A stretch of 64,000 nt of DNA from the human T2T-CHM13v2.0 reference genome, Homo sapiens, in assembly GCF_009914755.1 (NCBI RefSeq), contig NC_060938.1, one strand, 5' to 3'. This document shows positions 40,781 through 64,000 of this stretch, piece after piece. The notes under the pieces are model-generated. The model was not told the DNA's origin. It searched no databases and saw only the letters and a list, made by a program, of their open reading frames with translations. Position 1 is the stretch's first letter. Each line of letters starts with the position of its first letter. Position numbers and translations under genes: made by a program.

Positions 40781-40927
40781 CTCAGCCCTCTCTCCCTGAG
40801 CTGTAGGGAGCTGTCCTTGGGGAAGAGGCTCCCCTCTTCTGTGGGGGGCTGTCCTTGGGGAGGGGGCTCATGTTTGCCCAGTTTTGCTATGACTGTGTGG
40901 GTACAGTTAATTCAAGAAATATTAAGG

Positions 40928-41745
40928 AGGCTGGGCACAGTGGTATACACCTGTAGTCCCAGCTACTTGGCTGAGGCAGGAGGATAGTTTGAGCCTAGGA
41001 GTTGAAGGCCAGCCTGGGCAACATAGTGAGACCCTGCCTCAAAACAAAAACAAAGACAAAACTAAAACAAAAAAAAGGTTAGAAAAAAAAAAAAGAGGCC
41101 GGGTGCAGTGGCTCACACCTATAATCCCAGCACTTTGGGAGGCCGAGCCGGGCAGATCACCTGAGGTTAGGAGTTCGAGACCAGCCTGGCCAATATGGCG
41201 AAACCCCGTCTCTACTAAAAGTACAAAAATCAGCTGGGTGTGGTGGTGGGCGCCTGAAATCCCAGCTACATGGGAGGCTAAGGCAGGAGAATTGCTTGAA
41301 CCCAGGAGGCAGAGGTTGTGCAGTGAGCCAAGATCACACCGCTGCACTCCAGCCTGGGTGACAAGACCAAGACTGTCTCAAAAAAAAAAAACAAGAAAGA
41401 AGAAAAAACAAAAAGAAGGCCGGGCGCAGTGGCTCACACCTGTAGTCCCAGCACTTTGGGAGGCCAAGTTGGGTGGATCACCTGAGGTCAGGAGTTGGAG
41501 ACCAGACTGACCAACATGGAGAAACCCTGTCTCTACTAAAAATACAAAAATTAGCCAGGCGTAGTGGCACATGCCTGTAGTCCCAGCTACTTGGAAGGCT
41601 GGGGCAGGAGAATGACGTGAATCCGGGAGGCCGAGTTTGCAGTGAGCTGACATTGTGCTACTGCACTCCAGCTTGGGCAACACAGCGAGACTCCATCTCA
41701 AAAAATAAAATAAAATAAAATAATAAAAATAAATAATAAAAAAAG
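40928..41745 (+). mobile_element. Tandem cluster: FLAM plus two AluS
   Basis: Three consecutive GGC(C/T)GGG-starting Alu units separated by A-rich tails. Confidence 0.93.
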
Positions 41746-42079
41746 AAATGTCAGGGAAGCCACACAGGCTGAACCTTGTTCTCCAATTAAGCCTTATCAA
41801 TAATGAAGCTACTACTTTTGTTTCCATCTGTCTGACTGTGTCTCTGTCTGAACTGGTTCCAAATTCGGGGTAGGAGACCTGGATGCTATTTATTGGCCCT
41901 CTTCAACCTCAAAATCCCTCCCTCACCTACCAATCCCTCATCTAGTCACTCAGCAAGCCTGCTATGTCCCAGGCCTTTCACACCCCTTGTTTCCACTGCA
42001 GATCCTGTCTCATTCAGGCCTCCGCCATCTCTCGTGGGCCACAGCCCCCTGGTGAGTCTCCATGCCACCTGCCATTCTC

Positions 42080-43680
42080 CACCAGTAGCCACAGTGATCT
42101 GTGCAGAATGAAGTATCTTCACTGAGTCGATAAAATGTTTCACTCCCTCCCAGTGACCTGGGGATAAGCCTAGCCTCCTTAGTCTGGCACTTAAGGACCT
42201 CCATGATTTGACTCCTGTGCCAACCTCATCTTTCAGCTCCTGCTCTCTCATCCTCCACACTCCAGCCATGTAGAATTTCTTGCCTTTCCCTCAAAGGACC
42301 ATGTTTTCTTTTGCTTGCAGGAATTTCCACGTGCTGCGCTCTCTGCCTTGAGTGTTATCTCCCCCAAACTCCTCCTACTTATCTCCATTTTATTCTCATC
42401 CTTGGGGCTTATCCATCACCTCTTCCTGGCAGTCCTCCGGGATTCTCCAAGGCTGGATTAGGTGCCCATGTATTGTTCCCATTGCACCTGGTGCGTTCCT
42501 TCTCATAGGACTATTTTTGTTTTGTGACTTCCTGTTTGCATGTCTCTCTCCTGCACTAGATTGACTGTAAGCTCCTCAAAGTTAGTCCCTCTGCATCCTG
42601 GGGTGTCTTTATTCAGGTATACAAGGCTTTGCACTCAGTGGTTTTACTCTTATCTCACTGCCACGTTTGCTGACTCTTCTACCTGATTGGTTGCTGGAGA
42701 TATTTGGGGTTCAGTTCTTTCCTCTAGATGTTCATGTCCACTGTCATGTATATGTTGATGGTCTTCTAGCTCAGACCTTCCTTGAAGCCCTCCATTCATC
42801 CATAGCACTTGATATCTCCTGTTAGGAGATATCATCTCAGACTACCTCTGAGGCAGTAACTATCTCCTGTTAGGAGATAGCACCTCAGACTTACCTCTTC
42901 AAAACAACTTTTTTTTTTTTTAAGATATGGGGTCTTGCCCATGTGGCCCAGGCTGGTCTCTACTCAGGCAATCCTCCCACCTCGGCCTCCCAAAGTGCTG
43001 GAATTACAGGCGTGGGCCACCACGTCTGACCCTGAAACAATTCTTGCATCCTCCCACCCCTCCCTGACCTGGTTTTCCACCTCTTTCCCAAGATGGTGCC
43101 ACCATCCTCTCAGTTACCAAAACCAGAAACCTGGGAGTGAAATTCTGCTTTTTCTCTCTGCAGTGTCCCTGAATTCTCACTATGAGCGGGTCCTGTTGGC
43201 TTTCCCTCCAGAACAGAGCTCACTCTCTTTATTCATTTTCTTCCTTTTCTACCATCCCACATTAGTCAAGGAGCCTAGCATGTAGTAGGAATTTAATAAA
43301 AAGTTTTTGAATTAATAAAAAGTTGGTTTCCTACTTCTGTACTTTCTCCCATTTTAATCTGTTCTCCACTCAAACAGCCAGCATGATTATTTACAAAGGG
43401 AAATCAGATCATGTCGCTCCGTGCTTAACCTTCAATGACCTTGACATCACCTTTTTACCAGCCTGTGAGGTCCTGTGTGATCTGGCCCCTGCCTACCTCT
43501 CTGACCTCAGCTGTCACCGCCCCCACCTCGTCACTACCCCCAGGTCTGCCCTGGCCTCCCTTCAACTCCTTCCAGTCAGGGTCTTTGTGCTTGCAGCTCC
43601 CCCTGGCTGGATGCTTGTCACCCTGGCTTTGGAGTGGTCTGCTCACTTTTAGCTGCTCCAAGAGGGCTTCTTACCTTGTC
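42080..43680. mobile_element. L2 fragments with an Alu monomer (about 42910-43030)
   Basis: L2-like text (CTCTCTGCCTTGAGTG, GACTGTAAGCTCC, AAATCAGATCATGTCGCTCC, TGATCTGGCCCCTGCCTACCTCTCTGACCTCA). Confidence 0.65.
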
Positions 43681-43705
43681 AGGTAGGCTGCATTTATTGC
43701 CATAG

Positions 43706-44490
43706 TTTTATTTGTTTGTCTGTTTGTTTGTTTTGAGACGGAGTCTCGCTCTGTTGCCAGGCCAGGCTGGAGTGCACTGGTGCGATCTCGGCTCACTGCA
43801 ACCTCCAACTCCCCAGGTTCAACCAATTCCCCTGCCTCAGCTTCCTGAGTAACTGATACTATAGGCACGTGCCACCACACCCGGCTAATTTTTTGTATTT
43901 TTAGTCGAGATGGGGTTTCACCATGTTGGCCAGGATGGTCTCGATCTCCTGACTTCGTGATCCGCTGGCCTCAGCCTCCCAAAGCACCGGGATTATAGGC
44001 GTGAGCCACCGCGCCCGGACGACATCGATTATTATTTGGTGTTTGTTTATTTATTGGCTGCTGCCTTATTAGACCACGAAGAATAGATGGGATAAGTGCC
44101 CTTATAAAAGAGGCACAAGGAGCCAGGCGCGGTGGCTCATGTCTGTAATCCCAGCACTTTGGGAGGCCAATATGGGAAGATTGCTTGAGCCCAGGAGTTT
44201 GAGACCAGCCTGGGTGACAGAGCAAGACCCTGTCTGTATAAAAAAAGTAAAATAAAAAAGAATAATAAAAGAGGCACAAGGAAGCTCATCTGCCCTTTCC
44301 ACTATGTGAGGATGCAGTGAGAAGGTGGTGTTCATGAGGAATGCATTGTCACCAGATACTGAATCTGTTGGTGACTTGATCTTAGACTTCTCAGCCTCCA
44401 GAGCTGAAAGAAATAAATGTTTGTTGTTTATATGCCACCTGGTTTATGGTATTTTGTCATATAGCAGCCTGAATGTTCTAAGACAATACT
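43706..44490. mobile_element. Alu (-, 43706-44020) followed by an MLT1-type LTR interrupted by a FLAM (44122-44264)
   Basis: MLT1 motifs CTTCTCAGCCTCCAGAGCTGAAAGAAATAAATG...GTTTATGGTATTTTGTCATATAGCAGCC; FLAM TSD ATAAAAGAGGCACAAGG at 44104-44120 and 44265-44281. Confidence 0.8.
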
Positions 44491-45590
44491 TGGGGACTGA
44501 ACCTCACAAATGTTTATTTTAATTTCATCATATTTTACAGACTGCATAAATGTTAATTCACACCTAGAAGTACCTGGAAACAAATCATGAAGATTGTTTC
44601 ACCTTTGCCAGGGAGCTAAGAAGAGCTTCCCTACCTGGAGGTAAGAGCAACCCATCCTGGGGTTGATGGATAACAAAGAAGCTGTTGGTTCAGGTCCTGT
44701 TCCACACAGTGTGCTTGGCAGGGCAGTCCCTGCTAATGATGGCTAGCTTTGAATTATTCTCCAAATGTGTTTACACAATCCTGAGGACTTAGGGGTCATG
44801 GTGGAGAGAAGGAGATTAATGTCAAGGGCTGATCTGTGCTTAGTCTATACCTTACTTGAAGTCCTTGAATTAATTTGACTCCTTTGTCAGAAAACCAAAG
44901 GCATTTGTTCACAGCCTTTGTAAGAAAAAGCCAGCAGAGGATGTTTTGTTAACACCAGGGTTAGTTCCCTAATATGCATTGTAAGTTTGTTGATGGAAGT
45001 CGATCGATCACTTTGGCTACTGTTAATAATATACAATAGATTTTATATGATACAGGATAAATTTTAATATAATGGAATAATATTGCACCCATTATAATAT
45101 GTCCCATGCTATAGTCAAAGCCCAACTTACAAAGAACAAACAAACAAAAAATCACAGATCTTTAATGGAGATGTTTGAGGTTGAACAATAACTTCTTTTT
45201 TTTTTTTGAGACGGAGTTTCACTCTTCTTGCCCAGGCTGGAGTAAAATGGCACGATCTCTCGGCTCACTGCGACCTCTGCCTCCCGGGTTCAAGCAATTC
45301 TCCTGCCTCAGCCTCCCTAGTAGCTGGGACTACAGGTGCGCGCCACCGCACCCAGCTAACTTTTTGTATTTTTAGTAGAGACAGGGTTTCACCATGTTGG
45401 CTAGGCTGGTCTTGAAACTCCTCACCTCAGGTGATCCACTTGCCTTGGCCTCCCAGAGTGCTGGGATTAAAAGCGTGAGCCACCGTGCCCAGCCCAGAAC
45501 AATAACTTCTGTTTAAAATATAATTATGTCAGGGTCTCCTTTCTGATGCTCTCCAAATTGCAAAATGTAGTTCAACAGACAGTTTAGAAG

Positions 45591-46041
45591 TGTTAACAGA
45601 AAAAATTATTCAATAACACTTGTTAAAGCACAGTAAGGAAGACTTTATTCAGGACCACCAAGTATGGGGACCACTGCAACCGGGTCTTGCAGAGGGGTAG
45701 AGAGATTGGGCTCAATGGGAGTTTGTAGCCAAGGAGCACTATAGGGATCAGTGGGTAGAAAATTACCAAGAAGAAACATCAGAGGTAAGGGAGATTCTGG
45801 CCAAACATACCTAATAGGATTCTTGCTGAAGACAGGCCAGGGTGATTAAACATTGCCTGGGGAATAATGGAGGATGAGGAACCTGATCAGATATTGAAGA
45901 TGATATTGAGGATAGGACCTTCTTGATAAACGGACTTAGGGTTCTTTGCTAAAACCGGATTTTACAAGGAAGTGCACAGATGGGCCTAGCAGAAAATTCA
46001 GAAGCCTGAAAAAGGTATGGCCAAGCAAAGAATCTTTGTCA
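45591..46041 (-). mobile_element. Solo ERV1 LTR (MER67/MER31-like)
   Basis: TG...CA termini; 4-bp TSD GAAG (45587-45590 and 46042-46045); minus-strand start TGACAAAGATTCTTTGCTTGGCC; AATAAA on the minus strand. Confidence 0.7.
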
Positions 46042-47589
46042 GAAGTCACTGCTGAGAAGTGTGACAGATTGCCCAGCTTTGACCCTGCTTTTTTCTTATC
46101 AAACCAAGAATATTTTGCCTACAAACTCCAAGTTCCTTTTATTTCAGAGTAACATGCCTGGGGCAGTTGGTTCCTCCAAACAGGTATTCCTTGTCTCCTC
46201 CCTGTGACAAAACTTGGGACTTTGAAAGGAGGTGGCTCTCTGGAGCTTTGCAGAATTCAGACACCCATTGCCAAACCTTTTTTTTTTTTTTTTTGACAGG
46301 ATCTCACTCTCCCACCTCCTGGGCTCAAGCGATCCTTTCACCTCAGCCTCTTGTGGCTGGGACCACCGGCATGCGCCACCACACTGAGCTAATTTTAAAA
46401 TTGTTTATAGAAATGGGGTTCCACTATGTTGCCCACACTGGTCTCTTGAACTTCTGGGTTCAAGGGATCTACCCACTTCAGCCTCCCAGAGTGCTGGGAT
46501 TACAAGTGTGAGCCACACCACACCTGGCCCAAATTTTTAGTTAACAAATTAATTTATCAATTATTGGTGTTATTTAGACTGATGACTTAAAACATTGGAT
46601 ATTCATGGGAAAGAGAGGGTGGGAGAGAGAAGTAACTCCAGGGGCTAAAGTCTTGGAGGCCTCACCAAATCAGAATGTAAATAGCTCCAGGCAAGGGGCC
46701 AGGGTCCCAAAGCCACTTGAGTTCCACTCCCCTCCACCAGCCTTACCTTCCCCCAGCACAAAGCAGAGAATCTGCCCTAGATGATAGAGATATGGGGATA
46801 AAATGAGATCAGATATGTGGCAGGATTTTGTTTTACTTTTCTTTTAATTGGGGCATAATTTACATAAAGTAAAATTTAGGGTGCAGCTCTGCCAGTTTTG
46901 ACAAACAAATACAGTTATGCAAACTAGCACAATGAGGATACAGAACAGTTCCATCAACCCCTAAAATCCAGGTATGTTGGAATCCAGACAATGGACCCTT
47001 ATAACATGTCCCCTCTGCCAGCCTACTGGCCTTTAGCTACTGATAGTTACTAGTTACTAACACTCTTCAGATTGCACCTTCTGCTTTTCCTTGCACACAA
47101 GAACTGGACCAAGAACATTGGGCAGAACTAAGGCTTTTTGCTAGGCAGCCCTGAGCCCTTGTGCTGCTGCTCTCTCATGGGGCTTCTCTTCTAGGCGCAG
47201 TCCTGGGCTCTCGACCTTACTGGCTTCCTCAGAACCATGCCATAAATTACATATCATTATCTTTAGAGATATTCTGGGAAGAAAGCCTCTTGTCAATCTA
47301 ACTGTATGTGAGAAAGGGGTGTGGAATGACCATCCTTTCCTAGTTTGAGAAGGACTGAAAATGTTGTGCCAAGATACAGACTCCCTCTCCACTTTTTGCA
47401 TTGATGTGGGTCCATTCTCACATTCACATGGAGGCACAATTTTAGGGAGATAATGTTGAGTGCTTCAGAAAACCTTAGAACCCTAACATCCACAGAGACA
47501 TTGCTTGTCACTGACAGGGACCCTGGAGATCACATAGTCTCATCCCTTGTATCCACTAAAATAGATCACTGCTGTGCTGCAGTCCTGAC

Positions 47590-50475
<2,886 letters not shown>

Positions 50476-51849
50476 TAGACTGAAATAAATCACCATTGAA
50501 ATAGCATCAACATGAACCTGCCCATCCCACTGAAGTTCCAAAATGTTTCATCATGTATAATTTCCATGTCTCTCTTTGATAACAATCTAATGATATCTAA
50601 ACTAATGACAAAAAAAAAAAAAAGAAAAATAATGTGAAAGGCCCTGAGAAACCCCAAACCACAGCTTTCGATCAACCACAGCATAGTGGCTGCGACCTCT
50701 CCAGTTCTGTCAGCTCCTCGCCGACTCCAGTTTGTAGAACAGTGATATGGAGAACTCCAGCATGTTAATTCCTTATGTGGATTGAGAGCGTTTTGTGGTC
50801 AGCACAGTCTGAAGCTGCCATGTACTTCACCAAGACAGGTGTTCCGGGGTGTCAGGGGAGAGAAGAGCAGCGGTCTGTGAACGAGAACCTGGGGGTCTAG
50901 AGCACTCAGGTGCTCTTTCTAGGGGTGAGTGGGCAAACACCACCCACACTGTCATGTAAGTTTCCACAATCCAGTTGTCACTTCCAGCTGCCAATGCTGA
51001 ACTTCATGCTCCTGTCATTCCACTTTGGGCTTGGTAGAGATAGCAGCCCCTGGAGCAGGCTGTCTTGGCTGAATACATCTTACCCTCTCCTTCTGATCAC
51101 TGCCAGTCGCTTGTGTGACCTTGAAAAGGTCTCTCAAGCATTAGTAGAACTGTTTAAGCTCGAAGTATATTGATTAAAATAATAGGAATTATAATGTGTG
51201 AACGAACAGTTGCTCGGTATTTATAGAAATATTTTCTTCTAGGGCACAGTCCTCCCTTTCTCCCCAGATCCTGTAGTGAAACTACAGGTCAAATGCTGTG
51301 GCAATTCAAGAGGATGAGAGGAAATATGCTTTGAAATAGGAGGAGAAACTGACCTGGCTGGTTTGGTAAGAGGTCCAAGGAACACAGTGTCCTTTGGACG
51401 CTGACAGCTGCTGGAAGATGTCTGTTCTTCTAGTCGGTCAGGCCGACCCTCTCTGGCTAGCTGACCTATGGCAAGCAGAAGTGGTCAACATAATGGAAAG
51501 CCCATTCCATCCTTGACAGTGAGATGTGCTGATGTGGGAGAGGAGAGAGATTTTAATCTTCTGATAAAAGAGGAAAAGATGTCCAGAATGAAAAGTAATA
51601 TGAATGAGGCAGGTTACAAAACAATATGTACTGTGGTATCATATTTACATATTTTTACAAATATAAATGAGTATATAAAAATAATCTGGAATAATAGTTA
51701 CAAACTGTTAATAGAGCTAGGATTGAAAATGGCAAAGAGGAAATTTTTTTTAATTTTGTATATTTTTATATTCTTTGAGTTCTTTCTAAAGATAATGCAT
51801 TACTTCCCCCCACCCCTAAAATATTTTTTGGTACTTATTATATTATTTT

Positions 51850-56420
<4,571 letters not shown>

Positions 56421-56479
56421 TTTTTTAGTTTGAATATGTCTATCTTATTTGAATTTTTTCTAAATAAAGTGCAATACTT

Positions 56480-56534
56480 TAAAAATATTTTTTTACATGA
56501 CACAGCCCTAAGGAGATCCTGGGAACATGTGCCC
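56480..56534 (-). mobile_element. Second ~40-nt copy of the same LTR fragment with an A tail and TSD
   Basis: GGGCACATGTTCCCAGGATCTCCTTAGGGCTGTGTCATGT plus A7; TSD AAA(G/A)TGCAATACTT at 56466-56479 and 56535-56548. Confidence 0.7.
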
Positions 56535-56886
56535 AAAATGCAATACTTAAAAAAAAAAATTCTACTTTGAAATAATGTTGTACTTACAGAAAGGTTACAG
56601 AAATCCTGTCAAGTCTTCCTATATACCTTTCACCTAGATTGCCTTAATAGTAACATCTTACGTAATCATAGTAGAATGATCAACATCATAAAATTAACAT
56701 TGACATAACATTATTAACTAATAATAACATTAGTAGTAGTAGTAGTAGTAGTATGCCTTATTCCAGTTTCATCATTGTCTCACTAATGTTCTTTTCAGGC
56801 CCAAGATTCCACATTGCATTTAGTTGTCCTGTCTCCTTAGTCTCCTTCTTCTTTTTTTGTTTTTTCATTAAAATTTGTATTTTTTC

Positions 56887-57188
<302 letters not shown>

Positions 57189-57197
57189 TCAAGGTTT

Positions 57198-57385
57198 GGG
57201 TGCACTGTTCCTGGAAGTACTGCAATATCAGGTCAATGTGTGGAGTGGATGTAGCAAGCTCCTATTCCATCTCCTGTTTCCAAAAATCCATTTAATATAT
57301 TGTCCTTGGATAGAGGACATATCAGATATGAAACTGATAAAAACAGATACTATACTTGATCTTAGCCAAAAGACCAAGAAGTGAT
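57198..57385 (-). pseudogene. RNU2-14P: Full-length U2 snRNA retropseudogene (188 nt)
   Basis: The reverse complement ATCACTTCTTGGTCTTTTGGCTAAGATCAAGTATAGTATCTG...GGAACAGTGCACCC aligns end to end with U2. It shows CpG decay, an A-rich tail and a 15-bp TSD. The symbol is from memory of the locus. Confidence 0.95.
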
Positions 57386-57469
57386 CCTTAGTTTCCTTCT
57401 AAGAGAGTTTCTTAGTCTTTCTTTATTGTTCATGATATTTGCATTAATTTTTTAATTAAAAAATAATCA

Positions 57470-57607
<138 letters not shown>

Positions 57608-57635
57608 TTAGCTGGGCTGTAATCCTAGCTACTCA

Positions 57636-57740
<105 letters not shown>

Positions 57741-57896
57741 TCAAAAAAAAAAAAAAAAAAAAAATCAGGGAAATGTTTCCCTCTCTTCTTTATTTGTTTC
57801 CTTTGAATATTTTAGTCTAAAGCCATTAGGTTGGGTTGAACAAAATCTGCATCAGTGGGGCATGTTGTAGTGGCATTTTGGGGGCCTGTCATGGGG

Positions 57897-58599
57897 TGCA
57901 TTAGTCTGTTCTCACATTGCAATAAAAAATACCTGAGGTAGCAGGGCACAGTAGCTCATGCCTGTAATCCCAGCACTTTGGGAGGCTGAGGCAGGAGGAT
58001 TGCTTGAGGTCAGGAGTTCAAGACCAGCCTTGCCAATATGGTGAAACTCCATCTCTACTAAAAATGCAAAAATTAGCTGGGCGTTTTGGGTGCCTGTAAT
58101 CCCAGCTACTTGGGAGGCTGAGGCACGAGAATCACTTGAACCTCGGAGGCGGAGGTTGCAGTCAGCCAAGATTGAGATAGCGCCACTGCACTCCAGCCTG
58201 GGCAACAGAGCAAGACTGCCTCAAAAAACAAAAACAAACAAACAAAAAAAACCTGAGGCTTAATTGGCTCACGGTTCTGCAAGCTGTACAGGACACGTGA
58301 TGCTGGCATCTGCTGGGCTTCTGGAGAGGCCTCAGGAAACACAATCATAGTGGAAGGCAAAGGAGGAGGAGGCACATCGCATAGCCAGAGCTGGAGCAAG
58401 GGAGAGAGGGGGAAGGTGCCACACACTTTTAAACAACCAGAACTCACTATCATGAGGGTAGCACCAAGGGAATGGTATTAAACATTCATGAGAAGTCCAC
58501 CCTCATGATCCAATCACCTTCCACCAAGCTCTGCCTCCAATACTGAGGATTACAATTCAGCATGAGATTTGGGTGAAGACAAATATCTAAACTATATCA
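57897..58599 (-). mobile_element. MST (MaLR) solo LTR interrupted by an Alu (about 57940-58250)
   Basis: TG(C)ATTAGTCTGTTCTCAC...AACTATATCA termini; TSD TGGGG/TAGGG; Alu TSD AAAA(T/A)ACCTGAGG. Confidence 0.85.
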
Positions 58600-58779
58600 T
58601 AGGGTATAAGAGCCCAAGTGGAGTGAGGCGGCCTCTGTGAATGGGGGGTGGTGATAGCCTGATAACATTGTCAGGGTCTGAGTGGAGGGAAGAGGACACC
58701 TGTGCCAGTGCAGGGGTGAGGATGGGCCATCTGCACAGATGAGGGAAGCTGTGCAGGGGCATGATGGCAGAAACAGAAG

Positions 58780-60560
<1,781 letters not shown>

Positions 60561-60669
60561 AATAATCAGGGAAAATAAACTACTATTTATACACCCAAGA
60601 CCTGCTATTTCTCTGGTATTCTGCTCCTTCCTTTTTCCCTCTCTCCCTCCTTCCTCGCTTCCTCGCTTC

Positions 60670-62969
<2,300 letters not shown>

Positions 62970-63254
62970 TCAAAGCCCAGCTTTGCAGGCATCTGGGCTT
63001 CTTATGCTCCCGGCTCCTGTGCCTGCCTCTCAGCGATGTGGCCTCTGGGTGTAATATTGCTTCCTAGTCCAGGGAACCTGGTCCAACAGACACATCTCAT
63101 TCCACGTAAGGCCAAACTCCAGCTCCACTAAAACTCAACCTTCTGGAACTTCTAGAAGCCTGTCTTTCTCATCTAGTACAGTTAGTATAAGAGTATACCT
63201 AGTCCACAGCTGAGCTGTGAGCTGTATGTGTCCATACAGATGGATATCTTTAAG

Positions 63255-64000
<746 letters not shown>

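Noticed and set aside
42810-42898. Palindromic repeat-spacer-repeat resembling CRISPR
   Set aside because: Only two units, an 11-nt spacer, a eukaryotic L2 context and no cas genes. Kept only as a local duplication.
51271-51287. Palindrome CTGTAGT-GAA-ACTACAG
   Set aside because: A 7-bp stem is expected by chance in 64 kb, and there is no supporting context.
57198-57385. Functional U2 snRNA gene
   Set aside because: Upstream sequence is L1/Alu with no evident PSE or DSE. The TSD and tail show retroposition, and the branch-recognition sequence is mutated.

Overview
Human (primate) genomic DNA containing the complete canonical MAX gene (MYC-associated factor X, bHLH-ZIP) on the minus strand. 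Five coding exons (35143-35178, 34385-34411, 26547-26654, 10771-10894, 9334-9521) join through GT-AG sites into a 483-nt ORF encoding the 160-aa protein. The window also holds the delta-Max cassette exon (10186-10286), an intron-4 read-through ORF, an alternative last exon in intron 3 (17038-17157), the 3'UTR to about 7985, and a CpG-island promoter with E-boxes and ZNF143/THAP11-type motifs. Intron 3 carries a full-length THE1B provirus antisense to MAX. The upstream 27 kb (36.7-64 kb) is packed with Alu, L1, L2, MIR and LTR elements and contains a full-length U2 snRNA retrocopy. The most interesting unexplained signals are: (1) two independent ~45-nt poly(A)-tailed, TSD-flanked insertions of the same ERV1-LTR hairpin, a possible mini-retroposon family derived from short TAR-like LTR transcripts; (2) a possible DUX4/THE1B-driven antisense unit splicing onto MAX exon 3; (3) a stack of AATAAA signals just past the delta-Max exon that could let truncated isoforms escape NMD; (4) a very strong candidate T28-ACAG acceptor in intron 3. 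Repeat-family names and boundaries are by eye and from memory; no searches were run.
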